64,000 bases of DNA from Gammaproteobacteria bacterium (GCA_965116495.1 OZ220696.1:1920001-1984000); one strand, 5' to 3'; numbered from the stretch's first letter, positions 10,413 to 20,961 are shown. The notes: generated by a model from the letters alone, not told the origin. Made by a program: numbers and translations.

Positions 10413-10814
10413 ATGAAAAATCAATTTTCTCCAAGTCTGTTCACATTCTTGCTGGTCAGCATTGTCATGTTGCCGTCCTCCGCCTTTTGCGCGGAAGTCG
10501 CCATATTATTCGAACAGGACCTGGTGGATACGCCGGGTAAGGCCGGCCAGGTACTGACCGTGGAATTTGCGCCGGGGGAAGTGTCAGCCCCACATCGTCA
10601 TAACGCCCACACGTTCGTTTACGTACTGGAAGGTTCCGTGGTAATGCAGGTGCAGGGAGGTGAAGCAAAGACCCTCAGCGCGGGACAAATCTTTTATGAA
10701 AACCCGGACGACATCCATACCGTTGCGAATAACGCCAGCGCCACGGAACCGGCAAAGATACTGGTTTTCTTCATCAAGGACAGCGAGGCCCCTGCCAGTA
10801 TTCCGGTAAATTAG
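10413..10814 (+). CDS. Secreted cupin domain protein
   Basis: Signal-peptide-like N-terminus; HRH...YVLEG...H cupin motif. Confidence 0.85.
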   Translation: MKNQFSPSLFTFLLVSIVMLPSSAFCAEVAILFEQDLVDTPGKAGQVLTVEFAPGEVSAPHRHNAHTFVYVLEGSVVMQVQGGEAKTLSAGQIFYENPDDIHTVANNASATEPAKILVFFIKDSEAPASIPVN

Positions 10815-10842
10815 GGTCGGACCAGTATAACTCTGTATAGCT

Positions 10843-11874
10843 ATGAACAGCTATCTCAACAACGCCTGGTACATGGCGGGCTGGGGAAAAGACCTGAAAG
10901 ATGAGCCTGTAGCCAGGGAATTCCTGGAAACACCGGTAGTCATTTTCAGGGATGCTTCCGGCGCGCCCGCAGCGTTATACGATATGTGTCCCCACCGGTT
11001 TGCGCCGTTAGCGCGCGGAAAGCTGGTGGATGGCCAGATCCAATGCGGTTATCACGGCCTGCGTTTTAACGGTGACGGCCGCTGCACACATAACCCGTGG
11101 ACCGGCAGGATCCCGCCGTCCGCGCAGGTCAGGCCGTTCCCCATGGTCGAACGGGACGGAATCCTGTGGCTCTGGATGGGCGACTGGGACAAGGCCGACC
11201 CGGACCGGATCACTCGCTACCCCGAACTGACAGACGAAAAATTTCGCTTTGTGTTCGGATCCAGCCGTGTCAACGCACATTATGAAATCGTAACCGACAA
11301 CCTGCTGGACCTGCTCCATTCACCCTACCTCCACCCCGGCTTCGGTCAGGACTGGAGACCTGAATATAACTGCCGGGTCGAGGGTGACATTGTGTATTCG
11401 GACTACCTGGTGCCTCCCTACCAGGGGTCGGGCTTCACGGATATATTATGGCCGCAAACCAGGGGCAAGATGGTGGATGATTTCGAATCCATGCGCTGGA
11501 ATCCCCCCTGTATCCTGGAATTGAGAATCTTCATAGGCGTTGACGGTATGAAGGTGACCGAAGGCGAGGGTTTCACTAATATTGCCCCGCACATCGTGAC
11601 ACCAGCCAATGAAACGAGCAGCCATTATTTCTGGGCCAGCGGTATAAAGGCATCGGAATCAACGGTCACCGACGAGGCACACCTGGAGCTTGTCAGCCAG
11701 GCATTTGATGTGGAGGATGCGCCGATGCTGGAAGCAGTACAGCGAAGACTGGGGGACAACACGGATATCCTGGCCAGAGATCCCAGACCGGTTGCCCTGC
11801 CCGGCGATACGTCAGCGGTACATGCACGGAATATAGTGAAAAAACTGATCAAGCAGGAGAAACAGATCAGATAA
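10843..11874 (+). CDS. Rieske non-heme iron oxygenase, VanA (vanillate O-demethylase)-like
   Basis: Rieske ligands CPHR...CGYH; mononuclear iron site DNLLDLLHSPYLH; YLNNAWY N-terminus. Confidence 0.88.
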   Translation: MNSYLNNAWYMAGWGKDLKDEPVAREFLETPVVIFRDASGAPAALYDMCPHRFAPLARGKLVDGQIQCGYHGLRFNGDGRCTHNPWTGRIPPSAQVRPFPMVERDGILWLWMGDWDKADPDRITRYPELTDEKFRFVFGSSRVNAHYEIVTDNLLDLLHSPYLHPGFGQDWRPEYNCRVEGDIVYSDYLVPPYQGSGFTDILWPQTRGKMVDDFESMRWNPPCILELRIFIGVDGMKVTEGEGFTNIAPHIVTPANETSSHYFWASGIKASESTVTDEAHLELVSQAFDVEDAPMLEAVQRRLGDNTDILARDPRPVALPGDTSAVHARNIVKKLIKQEKQIR

Positions 11875-11894
11875 ACATACACGAGGACAACAAC

Positions 11895-12917
11895 ATGTTC
11901 ATGCTCACCACAGCAACCCCGTCAACCTCGCTGCGCCCGCAAACCTCGGGGATATCCGAAAACGACTGGACCGTACTGTCCCGGTTCTGGTATCCCATCG
12001 CCTATGAACACGAGGTTGAAGACACCCCCGTGGCAGCAAAGCTCCTGGACGTCGACCTGGTTATTTTCCGCGCAGGGGATGAAATAGGCGTTGCCCTGGA
12101 CCGCTGTCCGCACCGGTATATCAAACTCAGCGCCGGGACCGTCGTGGACGGCGGGATCAAGTGTCTTTACCATGGTCTGGAATTCAATACCGGGGGGCAA
12201 TGTACATTCGTACCCTCGATTGACCCCGGGACGAAACTGCCGGCCACCTGGCGCCTGACCTCGTTCCCGTTGAAGCGCCGATACGGCCTGATCTGGACCT
12301 GCCTGGCGCAGGAAACCGGGCAGGATGTGCCGGTCCTGTTCAGGGGGGAAGACCAGGATGCGGGTAACCTGCTGTTTGTAAAATCACGCATCTGGCCTGC
12401 TTCAGCGGCGCGGCAGGTCGAGAACTTCATCGACCTGGCGCACATACCCCATATACATCCGGGCTCCCTGGGCGGCGATCCGAATCACGTCATAAAACCC
12501 GGGGAAATCGAACACAGCGAGGACGGCATAATCCAGACCGCCGTTTATACCGAGGTGCCGTTCGGCGGTACGCCGCGCGATGTCGTCTTCATCTACCGGG
12601 TCGTGCTGCCGTTCGCAATCGATTTTACCGTCCACGACCCGCACGGAGGCGACCAGCGGACCTGTAACATCCCCAGCCCGCGCAGCGCGCATGAATGCAA
12701 GGTATTCCAGTTCAGTGCCGACACCCGCGACATCGATGACGCCCACAATGCCCTGCTGAACGGACTGGATGTCCTGAACCAGGAAGACATCGGTGCTCTC
12801 CGGCAACTCTCAGTACCGGACCTGCCCCTGGACGCCCGGCACGAGATCCACCTGCCGGTAGACAATGTCAGCCACGCCTACCGGCAACGTATGCGCGAGC
12901 TCGGCCTTGGGCAGTGA
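11895..12917 (+). CDS. Rieske non-heme iron oxygenase (O/N-demethylase-like)
   Basis: CPHR...CLYH and ENFIDLAHIPHIH. Confidence 0.85.
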   Translation: MFMLTTATPSTSLRPQTSGISENDWTVLSRFWYPIAYEHEVEDTPVAAKLLDVDLVIFRAGDEIGVALDRCPHRYIKLSAGTVVDGGIKCLYHGLEFNTGGQCTFVPSIDPGTKLPATWRLTSFPLKRRYGLIWTCLAQETGQDVPVLFRGEDQDAGNLLFVKSRIWPASAARQVENFIDLAHIPHIHPGSLGGDPNHVIKPGEIEHSEDGIIQTAVYTEVPFGGTPRDVVFIYRVVLPFAIDFTVHDPHGGDQRTCNIPSPRSAHECKVFQFSADTRDIDDAHNALLNGLDVLNQEDIGALRQLSVPDLPLDARHEIHLPVDNVSHAYRQRMRELGLGQ

Positions 12918-12942
12918 GGTGAAAACCTGCAAGGCAATGCCT

Positions 12943-12966
12943 GGGGACAGATTTAAATCTGTCCCC
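12943..12966. repeat. Perfect 24-bp palindrome (REP-like; possible bidirectional terminator)
   Basis: GGGGACAGATTTAAATCTGTCCCC lies between convergent genes; a sibling is at 39252-39275. Confidence 0.7.
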
Positions 12967-12981
12967 GTCCGGAAATCCGGA

Positions 12982-14457
12982 CTACCTCCTGCGTAACTCG
13001 TCGAGCCTGCGCTGAAGGTCATCTATGCCCGGTCCTGCCGGTGATTCCACCAGGTTGTTGTTCACGGAGATTGTATCGGGCGGCATGTAGGAGGTGGCGT
13101 CGATAATCAACCGATGGCCCTTGCCACCGACCTCCGCCGACGGGTCCGCATCGCTGAGCGGCATGTTCGGCAACACGATAATGTCATCGGCCCGGGTGCG
13201 GTTCGACAGCGACCACATGACCTGGTTCAGGTCAAACGGGTCGATGTCGGCATCCACCATGATGAGGTTCTTCAGGTACATCAGACCATGGGGCGTACCC
13301 AGCGCCCGCAGGGCCACGGATTTGGCAAAGCCGGCAAAGCGGTTCTTCACGGCAATGACCGCAGTCAGCCCGTGCTGATAGAGCGCATTGACTGCAACGA
13401 CCTCAGGGAAATTCTGTTTCAACTGGTTATATACCGTCGCACATACGTTGATGCCCAGCAGCGTGTCGTGCTCCGCCCAGCTTTTGCTGCCGATGTACAA
13501 ACTCTCGAAGATGGGATTATCCCGGAAAGAAACGGCCGTCACCCGGAACACGTTCAACCGGCGCACACCGCTGTAAGTACCGGGGAACTCACCAAACGGC
13601 CCCTCAAGAATACGCTCCTTGTTGACCATCGTCGCCTCGATGACCATCTCCGAGCCGGCCAGGATATCAAGGCCGTTGCCGGATGTAGTCAACCGCAGCG
13701 GGGCCCCCATCATCTGCGAGGCATACGCATATTCCGATTCATCGTAGTTCACCGGCGTCCCCGCAAACATCGCCAGGGCAGGATGGTTGCCGATCATAGC
13801 CGCGATGTTCAGGTCGGCACCCTCCCGCTCGGCAATACGAATGTGTTGCCCCATGTCGTGGGACGGCACGGCATCCAGGCTGAACAGGTCCGGTCCATGC
13901 ACCTGGATGCGGTAGATCCCCACGTTCTGCTTGCCGAAGTCCTCCGGGTCCGACGGGTCCCGGCTCACCACGTTGGCCTTGTCGATATAGAAACCCCCGT
14001 CATACTCGTTGATACGGTACAGGGGTAGCAGTTCGTACAAATTGATATTCTCCTCAACCCGGTTGGTGTGCACCGGCGCCTGTGTCGGGGGCACCCGCTC
14101 GATCAACGGCTCGTCACTGCCCCAGCGATTCACCATCTCGTAGAACAGTTCCTTCACCGGGGTACCCTTGGCACGACCCATCAGCAGGGCCAGGTTGGTG
14201 AAACTGCCGTGTACCCCCACCACGACCTGTTTGCCGGGATAGCCCTTGATGTTGGTGAGCAACACGGCCGGGCCGTGCATGGCGTCGCGGCCCGCGGCAA
14301 CGGAGATATTGCGGATATCCGGTTCAGGCAGGACTTCCTCTTCCCAACGCGCCAGTTGGCCGTTTTCGTCCAGCAATTCGAGGAAATCCCGCAACCCCTT
14401 GATGCGCTGACCGACGGCGATTGCCTCCGGGGATATGGAGTTTGTGGAGTATCCCAT
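12982..14457 (-). CDS. UbiD-family (prFMN-dependent) decarboxylase, hydroxyarylic acid decarboxylase subunit C-like
   Basis: QNVGIYRIQV, EGPFGEFPGTY, MVDADIDPFDLNQVMW and GHRLIIDAT. Start chosen at MGYSTN. Confidence 0.88.
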   Translation of the reverse strand: MGYSTNSISPEAIAVGQRIKGLRDFLELLDENGQLARWEEEVLPEPDIRNISVAAGRDAMHGPAVLLTNIKGYPGKQVVVGVHGSFTNLALLMGRAKGTPVKELFYEMVNRWGSDEPLIERVPPTQAPVHTNRVEENINLYELLPLYRINEYDGGFYIDKANVVSRDPSDPEDFGKQNVGIYRIQVHGPDLFSLDAVPSHDMGQHIRIAEREGADLNIAAMIGNHPALAMFAGTPVNYDESEYAYASQMMGAPLRLTTSGNGLDILAGSEMVIEATMVNKERILEGPFGEFPGTYSGVRRLNVFRVTAVSFRDNPIFESLYIGSKSWAEHDTLLGINVCATVYNQLKQNFPEVVAVNALYQHGLTAVIAVKNRFAGFAKSVALRALGTPHGLMYLKNLIMVDADIDPFDLNQVMWSLSNRTRADDIIVLPNMPLSDADPSAEVGGKGHRLIIDATSYMPPDTISVNNNLVESPAGPGIDDLQRRLDELRRR

Positions 14458-14565
14458 CGGTGGAGAAAGTAATATAGTCTTACTGAAAAAGCCAGAGAAC
14501 TTAATTATTATCCGGATAAAATCTTTTGTGTCAGTTATCAATACCCATTAATGAGGGCAATCTAA

Positions 14566-14964
14566 ATGTCTACGGTAAAACTGGTTGAATACGATGAAGC
14601 AAATGCCGAGGTGAAGGCCGTCTACGATGACATCAGGCGGGTGCGGCAGACCGATTTCATCAATAACTTCTGGAAGGCGCTGGCCAACCACCCGGCCTTG
14701 CTGGAACGGGTCTGGTCCGCCGGCAAGGAAGTCATGGCGCCCGGGGAGATCGATGCCCTGACCAAGGAGATGATTTATATCGCGGTGTCAGTCGCCAATG
14801 CCTGTGAATACTGCGTGCACTCACATACCGGCGCGGCCTTCGGCAAGGGCATGAGTGAAGCGCAGTACGGGGAACTGCTCGCGGTCATCGCCCTGGCGCA
14901 ACAGAATAACGGTCTCGCCAGTGGTATGCAGGTGCCCGTCGATAAAGTCTTCCTGAAAGAATAA
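14566..14964 (+). CDS. Carboxymuconolactone decarboxylase/AhpD family protein
   Basis: KEMIYIAVSVANACEYCVHSH. Confidence 0.88.
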   Translation: MSTVKLVEYDEANAEVKAVYDDIRRVRQTDFINNFWKALANHPALLERVWSAGKEVMAPGEIDALTKEMIYIAVSVANACEYCVHSHTGAAFGKGMSEAQYGELLAVIALAQQNNGLASGMQVPVDKVFLKE

Positions 14965-15029
14965 AGGAACGTCCGCTAGCACAGCCTGCAACAAGTCCGG
15001 GACAGACTATCAGTGCAGGGAACCCTGAA

Positions 15030-15821
15030 CTACCAGAACAGGGCAAATAAAATGCCGCCCAGGAACAGCCGGTAGATGACGTAAGGCAGCATCCCGGTGC
15101 GCTCCACCAGTTTCAGGAACCAGTGAATCGTCAGCCAGGCGCTGATAAACGAGACGGCGCTGACCGTGAACAACGACGTCCAATCCACCTGCATTGCGGT
15201 GAAGGAAACGTTCAGCAGTTCATAACCTGAGGCCAGCAGGATGGTCGGGATTGCCAGCAGGAAGGCAAACCGGCTGGCGCTCTCCCTGTTCAAACCCAGC
15301 ATTAATCCCGCAGTAATGGTAATCCCCGCACGTGACGTGCCGGGGATTACGGCCAATACCTGAAACAGGCCTATCACTACGGCGTCCCTGAAGCGGAAAT
15401 CCTTCAGGCTGCGCCGGCGTTTGCCATAGCCGTCCGCCCCCCACAGCAGCAAGGCGAACAGTATCGTCGCGGCGGCGATGATCAACGGATCGCGCAAGAA
15501 ACCGGCGACATTGTAAAACAACAAACCGGCCAGGCAGATCGGTATGGTGGCAATGATCAGGAACCAGACCATATCTGATTCGCTATTCCGCCCGCTGTTG
15601 AATGACCTGACCCAGCCGACAGTCATGTTTCCCAGGTCCTTCCTGAAATAAATGAGCAACGCCAGCAGGCTGCCGAAATGCGCGCCAACGTCGTACAACA
15701 GGCCCTGGTCTGCCCAGCCCAGCAGTTTCGGCAACAGGATGAGGTGGGCCGAACTGCTTATGGGCAGGAACTCGGTAAGCCCCTGGATCAAACCCAGGAT
15801 AATTGATTGCAGGATATCCAC
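15030..15821 (-). CDS. uppP: Undecaprenyl-diphosphate phosphatase
   Basis: QGLTEFLPISSSAH and PGTSRAG. Confidence 0.96.
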   Translation of the reverse strand: MDILQSIILGLIQGLTEFLPISSSAHLILLPKLLGWADQGLLYDVGAHFGSLLALLIYFRKDLGNMTVGWVRSFNSGRNSESDMVWFLIIATIPICLAGLLFYNVAGFLRDPLIIAAATILFALLLWGADGYGKRRRSLKDFRFRDAVVIGLFQVLAVIPGTSRAGITITAGLMLGLNRESASRFAFLLAIPTILLASGYELLNVSFTAMQVDWTSLFTVSAVSFISAWLTIHWFLKLVERTGMLPYVIYRLFLGGILFALFW

Positions 15822-15857
15822 AGTAACTCTTTCTGTATACTATAGGGATTTATTCCG

Positions 15858-17087
15858 CTAACCGGATTCCTGTCCCTGCCCTTTATTCCACAGCTGTTCC
15901 TGCCGATCGATGAATTGAAATCCCAGCAACGTTTCCGTGAAATTCCTGGTAAAGGCAATAGCCTTGAAGCGTTCACCCATTTCCCCGGGCAGGGTCAGGC
16001 GCTTTACCTGGCCGGACACGGCGGGGTCAGGACAGTCTTTATCATCTGCAGCGATTTCAGCCAGGCCGCAGCCGATGAGAAAATGAGCCTGGCTGGTATA
16101 ACCTGCCAGTCGCATTCCGTTATCCAGGGCAGACAGCGCCACTGCGGTGAAATCCACGGATGCCGTGATATCCTGCAGCCCGGGATAAAAGAACGGATCA
16201 TCATGGAAACGGTGCCGGTAATGGCAAAGCAGGGTCCCCTTGTCCCTTTGCGGGTGGTAATACTCGTACCTGGGATAACCGTAATCGATCAATAACACCG
16301 CCCCCCGATCCAATGCCGACGAGACGGATCCTAACCAGGCATCGCCGCGCAGGCAAATTTCCGTCTCAAAGCGTTCGGGAAGCTGCGGCGCCAGGTAACC
16401 TGTGATCCTGTCCCAGGCTGTACGGACAGGACCGGCCGGGCGCGGAGTCCTGACCCAGTAAAACTCATCCCCATTATGGCCTACACACAATTCATGTAAC
16501 ACTCCATTTTCCAGCAGTACCCGCGTGACAGGTAGTGCATCCACCACCTCATTGACGATGATTACCCCGTTCACGGGGTTTCCAGACAATGTCTCGAGCC
16601 ACCTGATGCGCGGCAATAAATGGGGGATACGGGAGCTATACAATTGTTTCTGACGGAGGCGCAAATCTGCGCTGGTTTCCAATATGAAATAGCGATCCGG
16701 CAGGGCTTCCAGCGCCTCCAGTTCAAGCAACAGGTCCAGCGCCATAACCCCCGATCCCGCACCGAGTTCCAGGATATCGCCTGAGTCCATGGACGCCAGC
16801 ACCTGCCGGCACTGCCTGGCTACGCAGCGGGAAAACAGGGGGGAGACAAGGGGCGCGGTAACAAAATCTCCTGACTCGCCGAACCGGGTCGCCCCGGCAC
16901 TGTAATAACCCCAGCCGGGCTCGTACAGGACCATTTCCATATACCGCTCGAAGCTGATGTTTCCTCCGTTTTCGTGAATCCGTGCGCACACCAGTTCGGT
17001 GAGACCCTGGCTGTGCTCCCTGGCCGGTCGCGGCGGAACCGGCAATTGCCAGTCCGGGTTCAATCCATTGGTCGGGTTGTTATTCAT
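15858..17087 (-). CDS. Class I SAM-dependent methyltransferase, MidA/NDUFAF7 family
   Basis: GDFVTAP, ELGAGSG, IDYG, QDITASVDF and MGERFK; conserved position divergent from the pteridine reductase. Confidence 0.9.
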   Translation of the reverse strand: MNNNPTNGLNPDWQLPVPPRPAREHSQGLTELVCARIHENGGNISFERYMEMVLYEPGWGYYSAGATRFGESGDFVTAPLVSPLFSRCVARQCRQVLASMDSGDILELGAGSGVMALDLLLELEALEALPDRYFILETSADLRLRQKQLYSSRIPHLLPRIRWLETLSGNPVNGVIIVNEVVDALPVTRVLLENGVLHELCVGHNGDEFYWVRTPRPAGPVRTAWDRITGYLAPQLPERFETEICLRGDAWLGSVSSALDRGAVLLIDYGYPRYEYYHPQRDKGTLLCHYRHRFHDDPFFYPGLQDITASVDFTAVALSALDNGMRLAGYTSQAHFLIGCGLAEIAADDKDCPDPAVSGQVKRLTLPGEMGERFKAIAFTRNFTETLLGFQFIDRQEQLWNKGQGQESG

Positions 17088-17140
17088 TTGCAACAGATGT
17101 ATATATATGTTGTGATATCCGGCAACATAATACCCAGACA

Positions 17141-17872
17141 ATGACAGGTAAAACAGTATTGATTACCGGGGCCGCCCGGCGTATTGGCGCTGCTGCCGCA
17201 CGCTACCTGCATTCGCAGCAGTTCAACGTGGTCATTCACTACAACCGGTCCACGGCGGAGGCGAACCAGTTGGCCGATGAACTTAACAGTATCCGGGCCA
17301 ACTCATCCTGTACCATACAGGCCGACCTGCTGGCGGCATCCTCCTATAACTGGGTGATCGATACGGCACTGGAACTTACCGGCAGCCTGGATGCGCTGGT
17401 GAATAATGCTTCCATGTTCTATCCGACCCTGTTACCGCAGATCAAGGATCCCACCTGGGACGAGATCATCGGCACAAACCTCAAAGCGCCGCTGTTCCTG
17501 GCCAGGCATGCCGCCGTTCACTTGGAAAAAACCCGGGGTTGCATCATCAATATCACGGACATTCACGGCAGTCGACCGTTGCCGCATCACTCCATGTACA
17601 GCGTGGCAAAGTCCGGCCTGATGATGCTGACCCGCTCCCTGGCACAGGAACTCGCGCCGAACGTACGGGTGAATGCCGTCTCCCCCGGCGCCATACTCTG
17701 GCCCGACGGGATGGATGACGAGACGAAAGACTCGATACTGTCCGCGATCCCGCTGCAACGCCCGGGAGAACCTGCCGAAGTAGCCAGGGCAGTGTATTTC
17801 CTCATTGCCGAAGCTGATTATATCACCGGCCAGGTTCTGGCCGTGGATGGCGGCAGGAGCCTGTCCCAGTAA
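17141..17872 (+). CDS. folM: Pteridine reductase (FolM/PTR1-like SDR)
   Basis: TGAARRIG, NNAS, IINITD and YSVAK; folate gene context. Confidence 0.85.
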   Translation: MTGKTVLITGAARRIGAAAARYLHSQQFNVVIHYNRSTAEANQLADELNSIRANSSCTIQADLLAASSYNWVIDTALELTGSLDALVNNASMFYPTLLPQIKDPTWDEIIGTNLKAPLFLARHAAVHLEKTRGCIINITDIHGSRPLPHHSMYSVAKSGLMMLTRSLAQELAPNVRVNAVSPGAILWPDGMDDETKDSILSAIPLQRPGEPAEVARAVYFLIAEADYITGQVLAVDGGRSLSQ

Positions 17873-17873
17873 C

Positions 17874-18374
17874 TCACTGTTCCAATTCCGGATCAAACTC
17901 AGCAGGCCATAATTCCTGCCCCGACCGGTCGAATTCAGACCAGAGGCGGGCGTAGGTTTTGCCGGAGACGGGATGGTGCAGTTCGGCAGCTATTTCCGCC
18001 AGGGGACAGAGTACGAAAGCATATTTATCAATATCGGGCCTCGGTAATTTAACCGATTCCGTCCTGAGCACCAGGTCATCGTACAACAATAAATCCAGGT
18101 CCAGGGTGCGGGACGAGAACTGCGGCTGGCTCCGATCACGACCGTGTTCATCTTCAATCCGGTGGATCTGGCGTATGACCTCGTCCAGGTCCAGGTCGGT
18201 ATCACACCCAACCACAAAATTATAAAAATTTGTGCCGGTAAACCCTACTGCCTTGTTTTCATAGATCGTTGATATCCGTAAATTATGGAATACTCCCCTG
18301 ATCTCACGGATACCGGCCCTGATGTGTTTCTCGCGCTCCAGGTTACTGCCGACGCCGATAAAAATACGCGACAT
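17874..18374 (-). CDS. folK: 2-amino-4-hydroxy-6-hydroxymethyldihydropteridine diphosphokinase
   Basis: IGVGSN, RTLDLDLLLY and FVLCPLAEI. Confidence 0.93.
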   Translation of the reverse strand: MSRIFIGVGSNLEREKHIRAGIREIRGVFHNLRISTIYENKAVGFTGTNFYNFVVGCDTDLDLDEVIRQIHRIEDEHGRDRSQPQFSSRTLDLDLLLYDDLVLRTESVKLPRPDIDKYAFVLCPLAEIAAELHHPVSGKTYARLWSEFDRSGQELWPAEFDPELEQ

Positions 18375-18375
18375 C

Positions 18376-18732
18376 TCAGTGTTTTCTACCCCGTTCTATG
18401 ATTATGCCCACGTCGCGCACGCCGCGCACCGCGCCGCGTTTATTCAGTCGTAACCGGCACCATTGCACCTTGAACTCATCCAAGAGTATCTCCGCCACCC
18501 GTTCCGCCAGCGTTTCAATCAACTCGAACTGCGCTTCACTGACGAAGCTGATCAGCCGTTTCGCTACCGCCTTGTAGCTCACCGTGTCATCAATATTATC
18601 GGACCGGGCTGCCTTGCTGATATCGGCAGCCATCTCGATATCGAAGATAACGGTCTGTTTGGTCCGGCGCTCCCAGTCATAGATACCTATCACGGTATCA
18701 ATGCGCAGGTCATTAAGATATATGATGTCCAT
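18376..18732 (-). CDS. folB: Dihydroneopterin aldolase
   Basis: IGIYDWER, LIETLAE and VGIIIERG. Confidence 0.95.
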   Translation of the reverse strand: MDIIYLNDLRIDTVIGIYDWERRTKQTVIFDIEMAADISKAARSDNIDDTVSYKAVAKRLISFVSEAQFELIETLAERVAEILLDEFKVQWCRLRLNKRGAVRGVRDVGIIIERGRKH

Positions 18733-18847
18733 AGTTCACGGATAAAGTTTATTTGTACAGACTTTAGCAGATGTGGGGTCGGAGTAAAAACACCTGATAT
18801 TTATCAAACACCTTGACTGGCCGGCGATTACCCATTCCAATAAGCCC

Positions 18848-19435
18848 ATGGTCTTCCATATCGGACTCGTAATCCTGGCCTACCTGGCGGGTTCTCTTGC
18901 CAGCGCCGTCATCGTTTGTAAAATCCTGGGCCTGGATGACCCGAGGGAACACGGCTCGGGCAACCCGGGCACGACAAACGTTTTACGCCTGTACGGCAAG
19001 ACAGTCGCCCTGCTGACCCTTTGCGGAGATGTACTGAAAGGCCTGCTCCCCGTCATGTTACTGCGCTATGTCCAGGCTCCCGACGTATTCATTACCGCAG
19101 CCGGCCTGGCTGCCTTTTCCGGTCATCTCTACCCGCTGTTTTTCAGCTTCCACGGTGGTAAGGGGGTAGCGACATTGACAGGCGTATTGCTTGCTTTCCA
19201 TTGGCTGCTGGGTGCGGCTTTCATTATGACCTGGTTGCTGATAGCGCTGCTGTTCAGGTATTCCTCCCTGGCAGCGATTACGGCCGGCCTGCTCGCGGCT
19301 GTATACTGCTGGTTGATGATACCATCTCCGTACCATGTCGCCGGTGTAAGCCTGATGTCCGCGGTATTAATCTGGCGCCACCGATCAAACATTAAAAAGC
19401 TGCTGGCGGGCGAGGAAAACAAGATCAGACTGTAA
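18848..19435 (+). CDS. plsY: Glycerol-3-phosphate acyltransferase PlsY
   Basis: GSGNPGTTNVLR, GGKGVAT and RHRSNI. Confidence 0.96.
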   Translation: MVFHIGLVILAYLAGSLASAVIVCKILGLDDPREHGSGNPGTTNVLRLYGKTVALLTLCGDVLKGLLPVMLLRYVQAPDVFITAAGLAAFSGHLYPLFFSFHGGKGVATLTGVLLAFHWLLGAAFIMTWLLIALLFRYSSLAAITAGLLAAVYCWLMIPSPYHVAGVSLMSAVLIWRHRSNIKKLLAGEENKIRL

Positions 19436-19441
19436 AACCAA

Positions 19442-19568
19442 TGGGGCCAGTCTCGATTGATTTGACCCCATAAACCTAATTTGGGACACCCATAAATTAA
19501 ATGAGTGTTCAAAATTTATGGATGTCCTGGATTTACTTTTTAATTTATGGGTGTCCCAAATTAGGTTT
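19442..19568. repeat. REP/MITE-like inverted-repeat cluster between convergent plsY and tsaD
   Basis: Perfect 30-bp inverted repeat at 19472-19501 / 19539-19568 (AAACCTAATTTGGGACACCCATAAATTAAA), a degenerate internal copy at about 19513-19534, and a TGGGG...CCCCA hairpin at 19442-19470. Confidence 0.75.
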
Positions 19569-20571
19569 TTGATTTTAAGGGCCAGCGGGGATAGGCTGCA
19601 AAGCGCAGGGGTTCGCGTTGGCCCGCACTGATTTTAACGTAACCCGTATAGGCGATCATGGCGCCGTTATCAGTGCAGAATTCCGGCCTTGGATAGTATA
19701 TGCGCCCGCCCGTCTCGTCCGCCATCCGTTTCAGTTTCAGGCGTAGCTGTTTGTTGGCGCTGACCCCGCCGGCCGCCACCAGCCTGGTAATGCCGGTCTG
19801 TTTCATGGCCCGCTCACATTTTATGGCCAGGGTATCAACCACCGCCTCCACGAAGGCGCGGGCGACGTCGGCGCGCACCTGCTCGTCAGCGCCATCAAGC
19901 TCCTTGACCACCAGCGCCACGGCAGTCTTAAGTCCGCTGAAGCTGAAATCCAGTCCCGGCCTGTCAGTCATGGGTCGCGGAAACCTGTAGCGGTCGCGGC
20001 GCCCGGCCTCCGCCAGGGCTGACAAGTGCGGGCCGCCGGGGTAACCCAGTCCCAGTAATTTTGCGGTTTTATCAAAAGCCTCACCCGCCGCATCATCCAG
20101 CGATTCCCCCAGCATCGTGTAATCACCGGCCGACCTGACCTCCAGCAACTGGGTATGCCCCCCTGAAACGAGCAAGGCGAGAAACGGGTAATCAGGGCAC
20201 TCCTCTTCAAGCATCACCGCCATCAGGTGCGCTTCCATGTGGTGTACGGCGACCGCAGGTACACCCCAGGAGTAGGCTAGACTTCTGCCGACACTGGCGC
20301 CGACGAGCAAGGCCCCGATCAACCCGGGACCGGCAGTATAGGCAATACCGTCGATAGCGCCCGGTTTCGAGTCCGCCTCCTGCATGGCTGCTGCCAGCAA
20401 CGGCGCGACCCGGCGCACATGGTCCCGCGATGCCAACTCCGGCACCACGCCGCCATAGGGATCGTGCAGACGAACCTGGCTGTAAAGCTGGTTGGCCAGC
20501 AGACCATATTCCGAATCGTAGATAGCGATACCGGTTTCATCGCATGAGGTTTCTATTCCCAGAATGCGCAT
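19561..20571 (-). CDS. tsaD: tRNA N6-adenosine threonylcarbamoyltransferase
   Basis: [28 protein letters not shown] and TDNGAMIA. Confidence 0.98.
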   Translation of the reverse strand: MRILGIETSCDETGIAIYDSEYGLLANQLYSQVRLHDPYGGVVPELASRDHVRRVAPLLAAAMQEADSKPGAIDGIAYTAGPGLIGALLVGASVGRSLAYSWGVPAVAVHHMEAHLMAVMLEEECPDYPFLALLVSGGHTQLLEVRSAGDYTMLGESLDDAAGEAFDKTAKLLGLGYPGGPHLSALAEAGRRDRYRFPRPMTDRPGLDFSFSGLKTAVALVVKELDGADEQVRADVARAFVEAVVDTLAIKCERAMKQTGITRLVAAGGVSANKQLRLKLKRMADETGGRIYYPRPEFCTDNGAMIAYTGYVKISAGQREPLRFAAYPRWPLKSKT

Positions 20572-20675
20572 TCCATATCTCCGAGTTGCCGATATTGTAC
20601 AGCACTAACCACCTGCCGGACCTGTGGGATTTGAACGAATATGGAACTCCTTTTGGGCCTGTTCGTCATTTCTTC

Positions 20676-20703
20676 TTGCATTTAACGCGATTCCTACTAG
20701 AAT
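20676..20703 (+). promoter_or_regulatory. Putative sigma70 promoter of the rpsU-dnaG-rpoD operon
   Basis: TTGCAT-N16-TAGAAT about 40 bp upstream of rpsU. Confidence 0.5.
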
Positions 20704-20745
20704 CACCGATTATTTTGGATGAACAAAACAGGAACCACATACTCT

Positions 20746-20961
20746 ATGCCCAGTGTAAAAGTAAGAGAAAATGAACCGTTCGATTTCGCGTTACGGCGTT
20801 TTAAGCGGGCCTGCGAGAAAGCCGGCGTACTGGCTGAAGTCCATCGCCGTGAATTTTACGAAAAACCCACACAAATGAGAAAACGAAAAGCTGCCGCAGC
20901 GGTAAAACGCCACCAGAAGCGCCAGGGGAAAACCGGACCCCGGCAAATCAGACAGTACTGA
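20746..20961 (+). CDS. rpsU: 30S ribosomal protein S21
   Basis: [21 protein letters not shown]...REFYEKPT, 71 aa. Confidence 0.97.
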   Translation: MPSVKVRENEPFDFALRRFKRACEKAGVLAEVHRREFYEKPTQMRKRKAAAAVKRHQKRQGKTGPRQIRQY

